Part shown: one piece after another, positions 13,801 through 25,480 of the stretch
Layout: each line of letters starts with the position of its first letter
Numbering within the stretch: the first letter of the stretch is position 1
DNA from: Botryllus schlosseri
Taxonomy: Eukaryota
DNA length: 60,000 bases
Reading direction: 5' to 3'
NCBI GenBank assembly: GCA_051294905.1
Contig: CM119371.1
Coordinates: forward strand, 17,424,001 to 17,484,000
The notes under the pieces: model-generated
Databases searched by the model: none
Seen by the model: only the letters and a program-made list of their open reading frames with translations
What the model was told of the DNA's origin: nothing
Made by a program: the position numbers and the translations under genes

Positions 13801-14448
13801 AGACGTGATATGGCAAACAAATGCACTTGCATTGTTATCACCAACATACATAGTGGTAAATTTCTGTATAAATTGGTGATGTTGGGTGGGAAAATGTCAA
13901 AATTTAGTTATTCATGAAGTAGGCTACGACGGAAAATATCAATATTCAGTGAATGTTTTCACGATTTTATTCCACTATTCCTGGCGACAGGTGAGTCACC
14001 GCCTCACTTGCCTCCCCTGACCTCATATCACTAAGGTGAAGGTGACTTTCTATCAAAAAGAAGGTTGGGTGAACCACAAAATTGCGTTGAGCCATATGTA
14101 ATTATACACAGGCTATTTGTGACTGTAATCCAAAGCAAGAGCTTCAATTAGTCGCTAATGAATATGTTGACATTTTTCTTGCCTTAAAGTCATGCGCGGA
14201 GACTTGCTATCCAAGCTAATTTTTAAGTAACATTGTGATAATTATACTTTTCTTAGTCTAAACTCGTGTACCTGGCTGATGATAGCGTTGCGCCATTCGT
14301 GTATTGGAGGTCGGGATACCCAGCTGCGACACACGACCAAACAACTATCATCCTCAACGTGTGTCCCGAAGGATCCAAGCATAATGGAATGTTCAACTTT
14401 AAGCCTTCGGCCGGAAGTTTTGCGATATTGTGTCAAATAGATATTTGA
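10809..14448 (+). CDS. Atypical C-type lectin-like protein, copy 2; exons 10809-10986, 12696-12931, 14257-14448 (201 aa)
   Basis: Same intron phases and exon 2/3 sizes as copy 1, open frame: ..RLSDLEYRLSLKILQNT/DKCALEWNGVCFFAIFYQPGKINQEAARLACEKRG..RTGMRYEPK/SKLVYLADDSVAPFVYWRSGYP..FAILCQIDI*. Confidence 0.88.
11414..12319. mobile_element. hAT-type non-autonomous element in intron 1 of copy 2
   Basis: TIR cagaggtctcaaac..gtttgagacctctg, gcggcccgc motifs, flanks aggctatt/ggctatat. Confidence 0.75.
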
Positions 14449-14776
14449 AAGTATTGTAAACGGAGGAACTTGAAATATTCGTGGTTCAGATAATAATCAT
14501 TATAGCGTACTAATTCTGATAATGTCACCATACTGGTCTTTTCATCCGTCTATGTACACGAGTTATCGACTATTTCATAGCTTGTTGCTGTTCTGGAATC
14601 GATTTGGAGTATGCTGTATTTTTCGATATTGTTCGCCACTGCTATGTTGGTGTACTAATGCCGCCTATTACACTCAATTCATATAGAGAGAATATCCATG
14701 TTATTGACTCATAAGTATATATTATATTCTTTGTTGACTCCGTGTGCTAGGTATCGCATGCTCATTGAAGATGTAC

Positions 14777-15160
14777 AGATCATGTTTTTTCGGGATCCGA
14801 ACCCAATCCTGTTCAATAAAAATCAATGCTGATCCGATCCGGATCCTGTATCCGTCTTAAATGTAAAAAATCCGGATCCAAAAATGTCCTGCACAAGGTT
14901 GAGCATCTAATTGCCCTGATGTGGAATTTTTTCGAATTACATCTCAGCAATGCATTGAAGTTTGCTAGTAGAGATTTCTGAAGAATGCTGAGTCCAAGTT
15001 CACACAAAACATCGAAGTAAACAACAGAAAGCCACTTTTATGCACGAGAAATTTAGAATCCTGTCCCGATCCGGATCCGGATGCCGGGTAAAAATTTGAA
15101 ACCGGATCCGATCCTGTCTTGCCGGGCTCCTGTCCGGTTAGAATAAAAAATGCTGATTAT
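14777..15160. mobile_element. MITE-like element with CCGGATCCGG subterminal repeats
   Basis: Clusters of ccggatcc at both ends, imperfect inverted ends; boundaries approximate. Confidence 0.5.
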
Positions 15161-15178
15161 GTACATCTATATATAATG

Positions 15179-15625
15179 TAGGCTTACCATACGTCCCCTT
15201 TTAAGAGGATTTGTCCTCTTTCTTGACTTTTTTGAAAGTGTCCTCGGAGGGCGCCCTTTTGTCCTCTTTTTTGAGATTTTGTCCTCTTTTTTGTAAATTT
15301 AGGTCAGACTTAGAGCAAATTGCGAGTGATATGCCGCAAATTAGCACAAAAATGAAGCTCCGGCGGGTATTTCGGAGTGAAAAACGGCGATTTTAGCACT
15401 GAGCGAAAAGATGACTTTTATTTTCTTTTTTTAGTCATTCACCTGGCAATGTGGAGAGAATAACGGTATTTTGAGCTCTGAGCGGAAAAGATGACCTTTT
15501 TTTTAGTCAACCGATCACAAAGTGGGAAAAATTCACCGGTTTTTGAGAATTCTACTCCGGTTTTGCAAGTTGCAAATTTCTGAAAAAGCGTCCTCTTTTT
15601 AGATCTCCAAAATATGGTAAGCCTA
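15179..15625. mobile_element. hAT-type MITE
   Basis: TIR taggcttaccata..tatggtaagccta; TSD atataatg/ctataatg; tgtcctcttt repeats. Confidence 0.8.
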
Positions 15626-15690
15626 CTATAATGTTCATATGTCCACGGACGGGAGAAACAGCGAAATGATTTTCCTGCAATAGGGTTCAT

Positions 15691-15880
15691 TAGGTATCGC
15701 CAGACTTTGGGTGGTAACTGCAGTTGTTACGTACGCGATACCGTTGTCAGAAACCTGTAGGCTGCTTTCCCGACTGTAAATAATGGCTACAACGTGTTCT
15801 ACTTGGACCGTGAGCTCGCTAAAGGATGAATTAAAACTTCGGCAGAACGGCGGTTAACACTTAAAGTCTGGCGACACCTA
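15691..15880. mobile_element. Short MITE
   Basis: TIR taggtatcgccagacttt..aaagtctggcgacaccta; TSD not clean. Confidence 0.65.
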
Positions 15881-17084
15881 GTGTTTGATGGACCCTATTT
15901 AAAATGCATTTGGCTGATACGGGCATCAATGTTCAGATTGAACGAATAGTGACCCATACAGCTCAGTTTTTCATGAGCGGACAACTTCAGGTGAAGTCTA
16001 AGATGGTAGATTTCAGGAAACTAACCGCTAACAGTGGTGTTGGTCCTATATTGATATAGGGTTTTATAGTATTTTTAGATTGTACATTAAGCTTAAGCTC
16101 TCTCTCTCTCTCTCTCTCTCTCTTCCGCACGATTATTCGATATTTCATACCGGAGACGTCATATTTTGTGATACGCTTGTTGACATACAATGTTCTTTCA
16201 AATTATCTACTAGTTGCTGACGATTAGCCTACCTTTGACGAGTGTCAGCCGAAAAGATTCGGTTTCATTTCCATGTGAATATACTGTGTAATTTTATATT
16301 GCGGTTATGTACCTCCAAGAAGCTCTTGAGTATAAATCGTTAAATAATTAGCACATGCGCCAATATCGACCGCTGTGAAAACGGCCCTATTATGTAGAGC
16401 AGGGCTACTCAACCGGGAGACTGAGGTCCGGATGCGGAGCTTTTCGGCGTTATCTGTCTCCGTTCTTACTTAGTTTTGAACAAAACCACATCTATTATCG
16501 GTCATTTGCATCTGCGAGTCAGCGATTTCGACAATGAAGTTTATAAGGAATAGATTTCTCCCCTGTATGAACAGTGCCAGTGCCACTGACCAGTGATAAC
16601 CGTCAGCATTCGCTTCTACTTACTCTTACGACTTTCGAACAATATTTAAAGAAGTGGCAAGAAATAAAAATGTATCAATTCTTCATGTAGGCTACCTGTG
16701 ACTAACAGAACATCCACCTATAGCTCATGGAGATACCGATATACCGAATGGTAACTATACCGTATTACATTTGCTTGATTGTAAATTAGACACCCACCTT
16801 GGCCTAGGCGATGTAAAGAGGAGGCATGCACACTGAATGAAAGTAAAGAAGACAGTATAGAAAAGGAAAGCGACAAGAATAGGGCGGCATGTCATGGGAA
16901 GCGAGATCGATAGGTCAGTCGTGGTCCGGTAATCTTGAAGATGGACTGTATTAATTTAGTAGTAATTGCTTGTATTTGACGTGAATGTGGACAATCTGGA
17001 CATGCTCGTCGACTGTCGGATGGCCGGCGGGATACTGTTCCACACATCAGGTCCGGCATATTTTATAGAGCGATGATTATTTCG

Positions 17085-17950
17085 GTCGATCAAATGATAT
17101 TTGGACGACGTGGACGCGCGTGTGATGTACTTGTGCGCTTTTGATTCCGAGGTAAAGAAGTCATTGAAATATTCCGGGCAACGACCGCAGTGGAACTGCT
17201 ACATAAACATAGCGATTTCTAGTTTCCGCATATCTTCTATGTTCAGGACGCCAAATCTCTTCAGCAGCGACTTGTTGGATTGGCAGCCAGTCAATAATTT
17301 CGACGAGCACTTGCAAGGGAATATAAGTTGACGGTCTAGGCAAGACCGGACAATGCATTCTCAAGCCGCGATTACACTGTTGCTACATTGATATTGAACA
17401 GAGCGACTTGCAACACATACACATATTACCTGAAAAATAAACGATCTACAGTAGCCAACACCCCAATCGGACGGATTTGGTAACTATGATACAGTAAAGT
17501 CATCAAATCGAGATTATTATTTACATTACACAACGGATCATTCTGTATTTCAATTTAGTCGATGTAAATATTTATTATTGACTGAATGATTTGCTGACTA
17601 TACCTACAGTGTATATTTCGTTTTCGCCATTCCATGATTGCGGGCAAAGCTCACAGCAGAGAATCACTAAATATTTACAAACGGAAAGCAGAATATGCTT
17701 TTAATGGGCAATATTTATCCATGTTTGATGCTGAAGTTCTTTTCATGCTGCCAGCACCATGCGCAGAGTGGTCCAGAGCTGAAATGCAAAGAATGTCAAC
17801 CACGAAAGTTACAATGACGTGAAAAGTTGTGATACATGAAATAGGTTAACAGTGTAAAACCTACCAAGTGTAGTTTGCGAACGCGAACATTCAGATTTCT
17901 GAAGTTCACATACCAAACGCTAACGTGAACCCACGTTCTCACCATCCCTA
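17085..17950. mobile_element. Truncated copy of the TAGGGATG-ended MITE family
   Basis: Ends cacgttctcaccatcccta; interior aligns with 18213-19001 and 20741-21684. Confidence 0.65.
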
Positions 17951-18081
17951 GTATGGATGTGAAGACTCTGAGCTATAGTAATTTACCGAACTTTGATCTG
18001 AAAGCAAATTAATTACATCCTTCTAGAACCCAGATTGTAGTTCCAAACAAATGAATTTTCACGTTGCTTTTAATTTTTAAG

Positions 18082-19059
18082 TCTCAAATAGTTTACCGGT
18101 AACCAACGCGCCGTTCGCGTATTGGAAAGTGTGATATCCTCAAGCATCATTCGAGCGAAAAACTTCACCTCTTAACGTGTAGGGCGTGTAGGCCCACGCT
18201 GAATGCTAACAGTAGGGATGGTGTGAATCTCCGAAAGGCTCGGGTTCCGTGTGAACACAAATTCTTTTAAAAGGTTCTGTGTGAACGCGAATATGAACCT
18301 CATGACGTCACGTGATGTCCTATTGCTGATTAGCGAATTGATATATCAAGTACACGATACCTAGCGACAACTCGGGCCACATTATGCCACAATGGTGAAT
18401 TAAATACTGACTTTATAACCGTCGCCAAATGTGTCAACCGGAGCGATCAAATGATATAATAAGCCTATGAAATCCATATCTTCTGTCGCTTTGCCAACAA
18501 TTTCGACAAGGACACGGATTTGATCAAATCAAGATGGACCCATACGCCTGCTAGATTTTTTATATTAGACAACGATGTATGAATTTCATTGATCGGTTGA
18601 ATAAGCATCATTCGCAGACCGCCTACATGTAGTGTATTTCGCTCATGATGCTGTGTGATTGCGGATCAAGCTGACAGCAAAGTCCATAAACATTCACAAA
18701 CGGAAATCTGTATATTTCCAACAAACTTTTGTAACAAAGCAATAAAATTTTTGAGATTGTCAAGGTGCATGCTCGTTCAGTGTTGATTTTTTATGCTGCC
18801 AGCGCCATGCATATAAAGTGGCCCGCAGTTGAAATGCAAATAATTTTAACCAAACATGTTATAAAGACGTGTAAAATTTTAATACATGAAAAAGGTTCAC
18901 AGAGCAGAACCTACCAAGGTTCGTTGGTGAACGTGAACCTCTAAATTTCTGAGGTTCGCACACAGAACGTGAACGTGAAACTCACGTTCACACCATCCAT
19001 AGTCCACAGTATAATGGGATGTCCGGATACTTTTCGGCTGTATCTTTCATAGATATTAG
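18082..19059 (+). pseudogene. Orphan degraded lectin exon 3, interrupted by MITE 18213-19001
   Basis: After tttttaag acceptor: SQIVY..APFAYWKV*YPQASFERKTSPLNV*; resumes after the MITE as QYNGM..GYFSAVSFIDI, matching paralog exon 3 (APFVHWKSG.PQA, EYNGM, QIDI) with stops and deletions. Confidence 0.75.
18213..19001. mobile_element. TAGGGATG-ended hAT-type MITE inserted in the relic lectin exon
   Basis: TIR tagggatggtgtgaa..ttcacaccatccata; gtgaac subterminal repeats. Confidence 0.8.
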
Positions 19060-19363
19060 GAATGCTGGAAATCTTACAAATGAGCCGATCAAAATAGACC
19101 GGTCCCAATGGTCATTGGTCATTTACACCTGTCCAATTTTCTTCACTGTTATGCCGTAGTTGCCGACTTCTAGCACAGCTAACTTCTATGGTATACAATG
19201 GTAACCATGATACTCTTTTTTAGCCCACAGACACTTTTTTTATCAAGATTTTCAAATGTATTTAGGAGCCTATACCACAAAGCTTGCCTTGATCGCTTCC
19301 TCCCAAGCAGTGCAGGCCTACAGCTAGGTGAATTAGGCTTGGTTGCTGATGAATACTACCAGT

Positions 19364-20296
19364 CAGTGTTGGGATCAAGTCACTACCTTCGAGTCACGAG
19401 TCATTTCGAGTCATTGCACATTTTGACTCGAGTCAAGTCAAGTCAATCGATTTTCAAAGGTGACTCGAGTCAAGTCAAGTCACTCGATTTTTGGAGGTGA
19501 CTCGAGTCAAGTCGAGTCAAGTCAAGTCAAGTCACGAGTCAAGTCACAATTCAAGTCAAGTTGCCTTTTCGAAGTAGGAGGCATGATAACGTCATTGCAT
19601 TTTGCTAGCTGTCTGAAATACAGAATGAGTAGTCATTGATTTTGAACCGATGAACGAATATAAAGTTAAATATACATGCAAGAAGGTGGTGTATCGCTTA
19701 CATAAGAACTACTAAACCTCAGTTTATAGTTACCAGCCAAGATAGAGAATATATAGCCTACGAATTGATAAGATGCAATACATTACGCATTTACAAATCG
19801 ATATGATACAATTCGAGCCTGCGCCAATGGTTGAGGACTATATAAACTATATTCGAATTCAGTTTCAATAAAACAAGAAGCTTGATTAAGGTAAAACAGA
19901 GAACAGAAATTACTTTACTATACTAGTTTACGACAACGTAAGCTGTAAGCTTCGATCACTTCGTTTGCGGTCAATGTATTTATGAGAGAACAGTGGAGGC
20001 TCAGTAAAACGCACGTTCATTAATTAATTGGTCGCTCTCACGGGTTACACAAGCGTTTCGCGAACAATCCGAACATATGCAAGATCCAGTGATTTTGATC
20101 GACACCGATTACTTGATGACTTGTAATTGACTCGTGAATTTTGCTCCGAGTCACGAGTCAATCCCCATTTCTGATAGGCCGAGTCAAGTCAAGTCGAGTC
20201 ATTTTAGCAAAGTGACTCGAGTCAAGTCAAGTCATACGAAAAAGGTGACTCGAGTCTGACTCGAGTCAAGTCATGACTCGAGTCATCCCAACACTG
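19364..20296. mobile_element. hAT-type MITE with GAGTCAAGTCA subterminal arrays
   Basis: TIR cagtgttgggat..atcccaacactg; perfect 8-bp TSD ctaccagt. Confidence 0.9.
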
Positions 20297-20740
20297 CTAC
20301 CAGTGTTACCGAAATTCACCCTCCCTTAGCCGGGGGTCTGTCTTCGTGTTATGCCATACCACCGACTTATGTATACTCCGCGGTTACTTGCTCGCGATAA
20401 ACTAAAAGGACGGTTCACCCCTGACTCCAGTAAACAAATATTTAGTGCTCCGAATCTTCTTGGAAATTCGGCCGTCAGGCCTCACACATTTCTTTAGTGA
20501 CATGCCCGCCCGTTTATCGTTTAATGACGAGAACTGATTGACTTGTTTTATGAATTAGAGATTTGGAAACACATTAAGTAACAGTTTAAAGCACAGAATG
20601 TGTAAACGTGACAATGGCAACAAAGAAGGTTTATACAAAACTATTTAGAATCAGTGAATTTTTTGACGTCAATCGTTACGATACACCTTGCTACATTGAC
20701 TTTATTGTAAATCTATATTATACTCGTATGACGTACGTCG

Positions 20741-22988
20741 TAGGGATGGTATGAACCTCTGAAAGGCTCAGGCTCGTGTGAACGCAAATGTTTTTGAAAG
20801 ATTCGGTATGAACGTGAACGTAAACCACGTGACGTTACGAGTCGTCATATTGCAAATCCCAACCCTACATTCCACTGAAGTGATAGCCTATAATGATGTA
20901 CATGATGCCTAGCGAAGACTCGGACCACATATTGCCACAATTCAGAAGTACATATTGTAGTTTTAAGCGTCGCCGAATGTATCAACTGAGGCAATCAAAT
21001 GATATAACAATCCCATAAAATCAATATCTCCGTCACTTTGCCAACAATTTCGACGACGACATGCAAGGGAACTTCAGCTGACGCCTTGACGGTCTAAGCC
21101 AGACCAGAATACGTATTCGGCGTCTGACTATTGCTACGTTGATATTGAGCAGAGTGTAAAACGGGTTTCTACGCTTGCTACCGATATTACCCAATTAACA
21201 AGTCATACATCAGTAGTGAACACCCCAATCGCACGTATTTGGTTTTTATGATGCAATAAAGATATGAAATTAAAACTGACGCAGTACGCCTGCTAGATAT
21301 TTTACATCAGACAACGATATCAATTTCATTGATCGGTTGAATAAGCATCACCCGCCGACTACCTACATGTAGTGTATTTCGCTCTTGATGTTGTGTGATT
21401 ACGGGTCAAGCTCACAACAGAGAGTACCTAAATATTCAAGCGAACTTTTGTAACAAATCAAGGCGCATGCTGGTCTAGTGTTTTTCATGCTGCCAGCGCC
21501 ATTCATATAGTGGCCCGCAGTTGAAATGCAATAAATTTCAAACAAAGATGTTATAATGAAGAGAAAATTGTAATATACGAAAAAGATTCACAATGCAGAA
21601 CCTACCAAGGTTCGTTTGTGAACGTGAACTTCTGAATTTTTGAGGTTCACACACAGAACGCGAACGTGAACCTCACGTTCACACTAGGGTTGGATTATCC
21701 GGATAACGGTTAACCGGTTAACCGGTTAACCGCAGGTATTTTCACTATCTGATATCCGGATATTTTTCTGCCGGTTAACCGGATAAAAAGAATCGTTGCT
21801 AATGCATTTTACACGTTTTAGTAAGCATCAATAAGTCGTATTCAGTGTCGGTGCGGCCGATTAACGAGAAGCGTGTTGCCAATTAGCGAGATGCGTCTGT
21901 ACACATTGCACAATGTAATGTGACGCGACCTCCTGCTAAGAAGATCGGTAAATTAGGTCATTGACTGCCGCGCGCTCGGCTATCGTCTCTGGCCTGATTT
22001 ATCGCGTCTTCAACAAGCCGATAGTTCCACTGGATTGAAGAATCGCATCTGCAATAGGCCACGTGCAGTGTACACACTATTCCATCGCTGGCCTGCACAA
22101 TCGCATCTTCATTGGCTTGGTGCTCACGATATTATCGTTGACCTAGACAATCGCATCTGCAATAGGCCTACGAACGATATAATCGCTGGCCTAACCATCT
22201 CGGACTCAACATGCATTGGCTCCTATCTCTCGATGACTTGTTGACGATATGCCGTTAAGTGTATTCTAAGTAGTGATTCTGAGAGTGACACCGCGAAACT
22301 GAATGACATCGAATGTTCGCAAAAATGTGCGTGCGTGCAAGCGTAATTGATTTCCGCTGATGATTAATTCGAAAATAAAATCGAAACCCCCTGATTTTAT
22401 TTCAATCCCCCTACATTTTCGGCTGGCTGCGTGCCTGATCACGTGAATTAGAGCGAGGTATCGTGTCGGCATCAATTCCAGTATCAGCTAGTCGTCCTCT
22501 AGTACTCCAAACCTAAACATAAGGATGGTCAAAAGGATGTAAAGCCGTTGAAGTTTACGGCGTACGACCTGATAACCTTTTGACTCTCTACGAAGCGCTG
22601 CTTTCTATTCAGCCCACTTCTGTGGAAGCTGAAAAAGCATTCAATGAACGTGGACTCTTTGTTACAAAATTCCGGTCCCGGCTACAGGATCCCACAATTG
22701 ATGCATCTGTGCTTTATAAAGAGGGCATTGCAGAAGCTGTGAACATTAAATTTGCGTGGTTTTTCTCGTATTCGCTCATACTGCGCGCGTAGGTAGGTAC
22801 TCTACAATAACACTGTGTAATGATTTTGTGATCCGTTTTACATGCAGACCTAATGAAATCGATTGTCTCACTTAGCAGTTATTATCCGGTTAACCGGTTA
22901 GATAAATTCCAAAATATCCGGATATATCCGTTATCCGGATAGTGAAAATTATTGATATCCGAACTAACCCTAGTTCACACCATCCCTA
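20741..22988. mobile_element. TAGGGATG-ended MITE carrying a nested insertion in its right TIR
   Basis: tagggatggtatgaac at 20741; right TIR gttcacac|catcccta is split by 21685-22972. Confidence 0.8.
21685..22972 (+). mobile_element. Internally deleted hAT transposon with dimerization-domain remnant
   Basis: Ends tagggtt..aacccta, perfect TSD gttcacac, ccggttaa/atccggat subterminal repeats, ORF 22580-22792 LLSIQPTSVEAEKAF..KFRSRLQDPTIDA. Confidence 0.9.
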
Positions 22989-24510
22989 TAGTTCGCAGGC
23001 TACTTAATCGCGGCAAACAAATACACATGCTTCATAGTGAACGAATGTCCGGTTCAATTGTTACAGCCTATGATTTTAGTCAACGGATGACCATTCAAAA
23101 GTCGGTTTCATGTTCTGAATTCCCGGTAACCTTTTCTGGTCGCTCACAATCTCCTCGCGGGCTTACGCAGATGAGATGGGGAGGAGTTGTTACTACTTGC
23201 AAGCGTTGCTCCCGGACTCGCGGTCATGGTCCTGGTACTGGTGGATGTCATTCATATTTGTTCGAATATAAGCCGTCGCCATCATCCTGCAATATGAGAA
23301 TATTCATGCTTACAAGGCGTGCAATTTGTCGCATAATCTCCCGCGACGACAAAATGTTTGTTCTATTTAGTTATAGCGAGATTAGTTACAGAAAAAAGAA
23401 ACATTTGCGTTTGCCTTATATATGTGTAATTGTGTATAATACATAGTTTCCATGCCTTTTAGTCTAAAAGCCAATAATGAATAAGCGACATAAGCGTCGC
23501 TCAATTATATCACAGTAGGAGGTACACTCTAAATCCGCAAGGTCGTATTGAACACTTCATAACACTTTTTTCTGCGTACAGACACACTTTTTGGGCATAT
23601 AAACGCATTGGGCCATTATCGTCGCAACGCTTCTGCGTATTTCTCCGTTTAAATGTAACACTTCGCCACTGCGGCTTATTTTCAATAAAATTTATACTTA
23701 GTAATTTATCATCAATTTCGCATTCATAAACTATCGGTACGTTTGGAGATCACATAAAATCATGGTATATGTAAAATAATATTACTCAACTGACCAAACA
23801 TTAAGTTTAAGGGTAACATTTCAATAAAATATACGTATTTCCCTGTGACGCAAAGGGGTCATCACCTTCGTTACGGTAGAGCGCGCTCGATGATTTCAGT
23901 TTGGAATTTGAATTGGTGGTTCGTCAGGCAGAGAGTAGGGTACACGAAAAGACTTGGCGGAATGGATATATTGAAGCAGTTTCTGCTACCTGGTGGCGTA
24001 AAGGATCATAACATCCATGTACTGTAAGGTATGGAAATGCGGTAAATGTTATTGAATATATGTAATGTGAGAATAGTCATAAAATGAGCTCGTTTTGACA
24101 TTGCAGTAAGGTCGTTTGTTTTAGATGTTTTAGTAGGCTACTGATATTCCTTATTCAGATCAATGTTCTTTAGATGTTTTGTAGTATATGATTCGTCTGA
24201 TCTTATTGCTGGATGATCGAGTTTCGAATCTGATAATATACCAGGCTGCGATCAGGTCCAGTGCTACGGTACTGATGGGAAGCTGCTATCGAACTAATTT
24301 TTTTGACATATAGATAAAGGGATGTTCTCTCTATCCACACTGAAATATCCCTAGGCGATATTGTGGTCCATTGTGGACAAGTACTGCAATTTAAGCAATG
24401 GAATGCCGGTATGACAGTCATGCAACGGTTTTGATTGTTTTACAACTGCAACACATTTTACACTGTATTGTTTATTCGAAGTGGTAAGGTATTAACTAAA
24501 GAGATTTTTT

Positions 24511-25354
24511 GGCACTTCTTCGTTATTCCCCACACATCGAAAAAATGATCCCCATGACAGAATAAATGTTTCCCCATGAACATCAACAGTAAAATTTATA
24601 AACGTCAAAATGAATTGTTTTTCGCGTTGGCGTGGGATAGACGGATATTAGGGATGGGGGAGGGGGATATTACGATGAGTTAGGGTTCGGATATCCTAAG
24701 ATTAGGGTTAGGTTAGGATATCCTAAGATTTGGTTTGGGGATATTAGGAATGGGGAGGCTTAGGATATCCTAAGATTATGGATGGGGATACTAGGGTCAA
24801 TGTTGGGGTTAGGATATCCTAAGATTAGAGTTGGGGATATTAGGGATGGAGGAGGAGATATTAGGGTTAGGATATCTTAAGATAAAGGTTGGGGATATTA
24901 GGATAAAGGATGGGGTTAGGATTACAATATTCCAAACCCTAATCTTGGGATACCCTGACCTCAAGTTTAACCCTAATATCGGGATATCCTACCTCAACCT
25001 TGACCCTAACCTACCCTAGCACTCGCAACCGTAATCTTAGGATATCCTAACTCACGCTGATAACCTCTTCCTCAATCCTAATCTTAGGATATCCCAACCT
25101 TGACCCTAACCCACCCTAATATCTCCAACCCCGACCCAAATATTACCCACAACCGTAATATCTCCCACCCCGACTCGAAAATTGCCTTCCCCGACCTTAA
25201 TATCTCCCACCCGACCCTAATATTCCCCTAGCCCCAATCCCAACGCAAAAAACAATCAATTTTGACGTTTATAAATTTTCACGTGATCATGGGAATCATT
25301 TATTAGTTTCATGGTGATCACTTCTGAATGTGTGGGGAATAACGAAGAAGTGCC
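24511..25354. mobile_element. Foldback/Mutator-like element with about 125-bp TIRs and inverted telomere-like interior
   Basis: 27-bp perfect termini ggcacttcttcgttattccccacacat..atgtgtggggaataacgaagaagtgcc, flanks agatttttt/aattttttt; interior TTAGGG-like then CCCTAA-like. Confidence 0.8.
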
Positions 25355-25480
25355 AATTTTTTTGACATGTCAAAATATGTCAAAATTTGGTCAAAATTGT
25401 ACCGTTAGGTCAAAAATTGCCAAAATTGTTTACAAATCAAAATTTTTTGGCAACTTGCATTTCGTTTGTATCATATAGAT

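Noticed and set aside
22952..23446. 164-aa ORF
   Set aside because: It starts inside a transposon end at a non-ATG codon, with no recognisable domain or paralog.
24640..25240. Ancient telomere-telomere fusion site, or ORF 24831-25019
   Set aside because: The repeats are degenerate and enclosed by transposon-like TIRs; the ORF is a by-product of the repeat.
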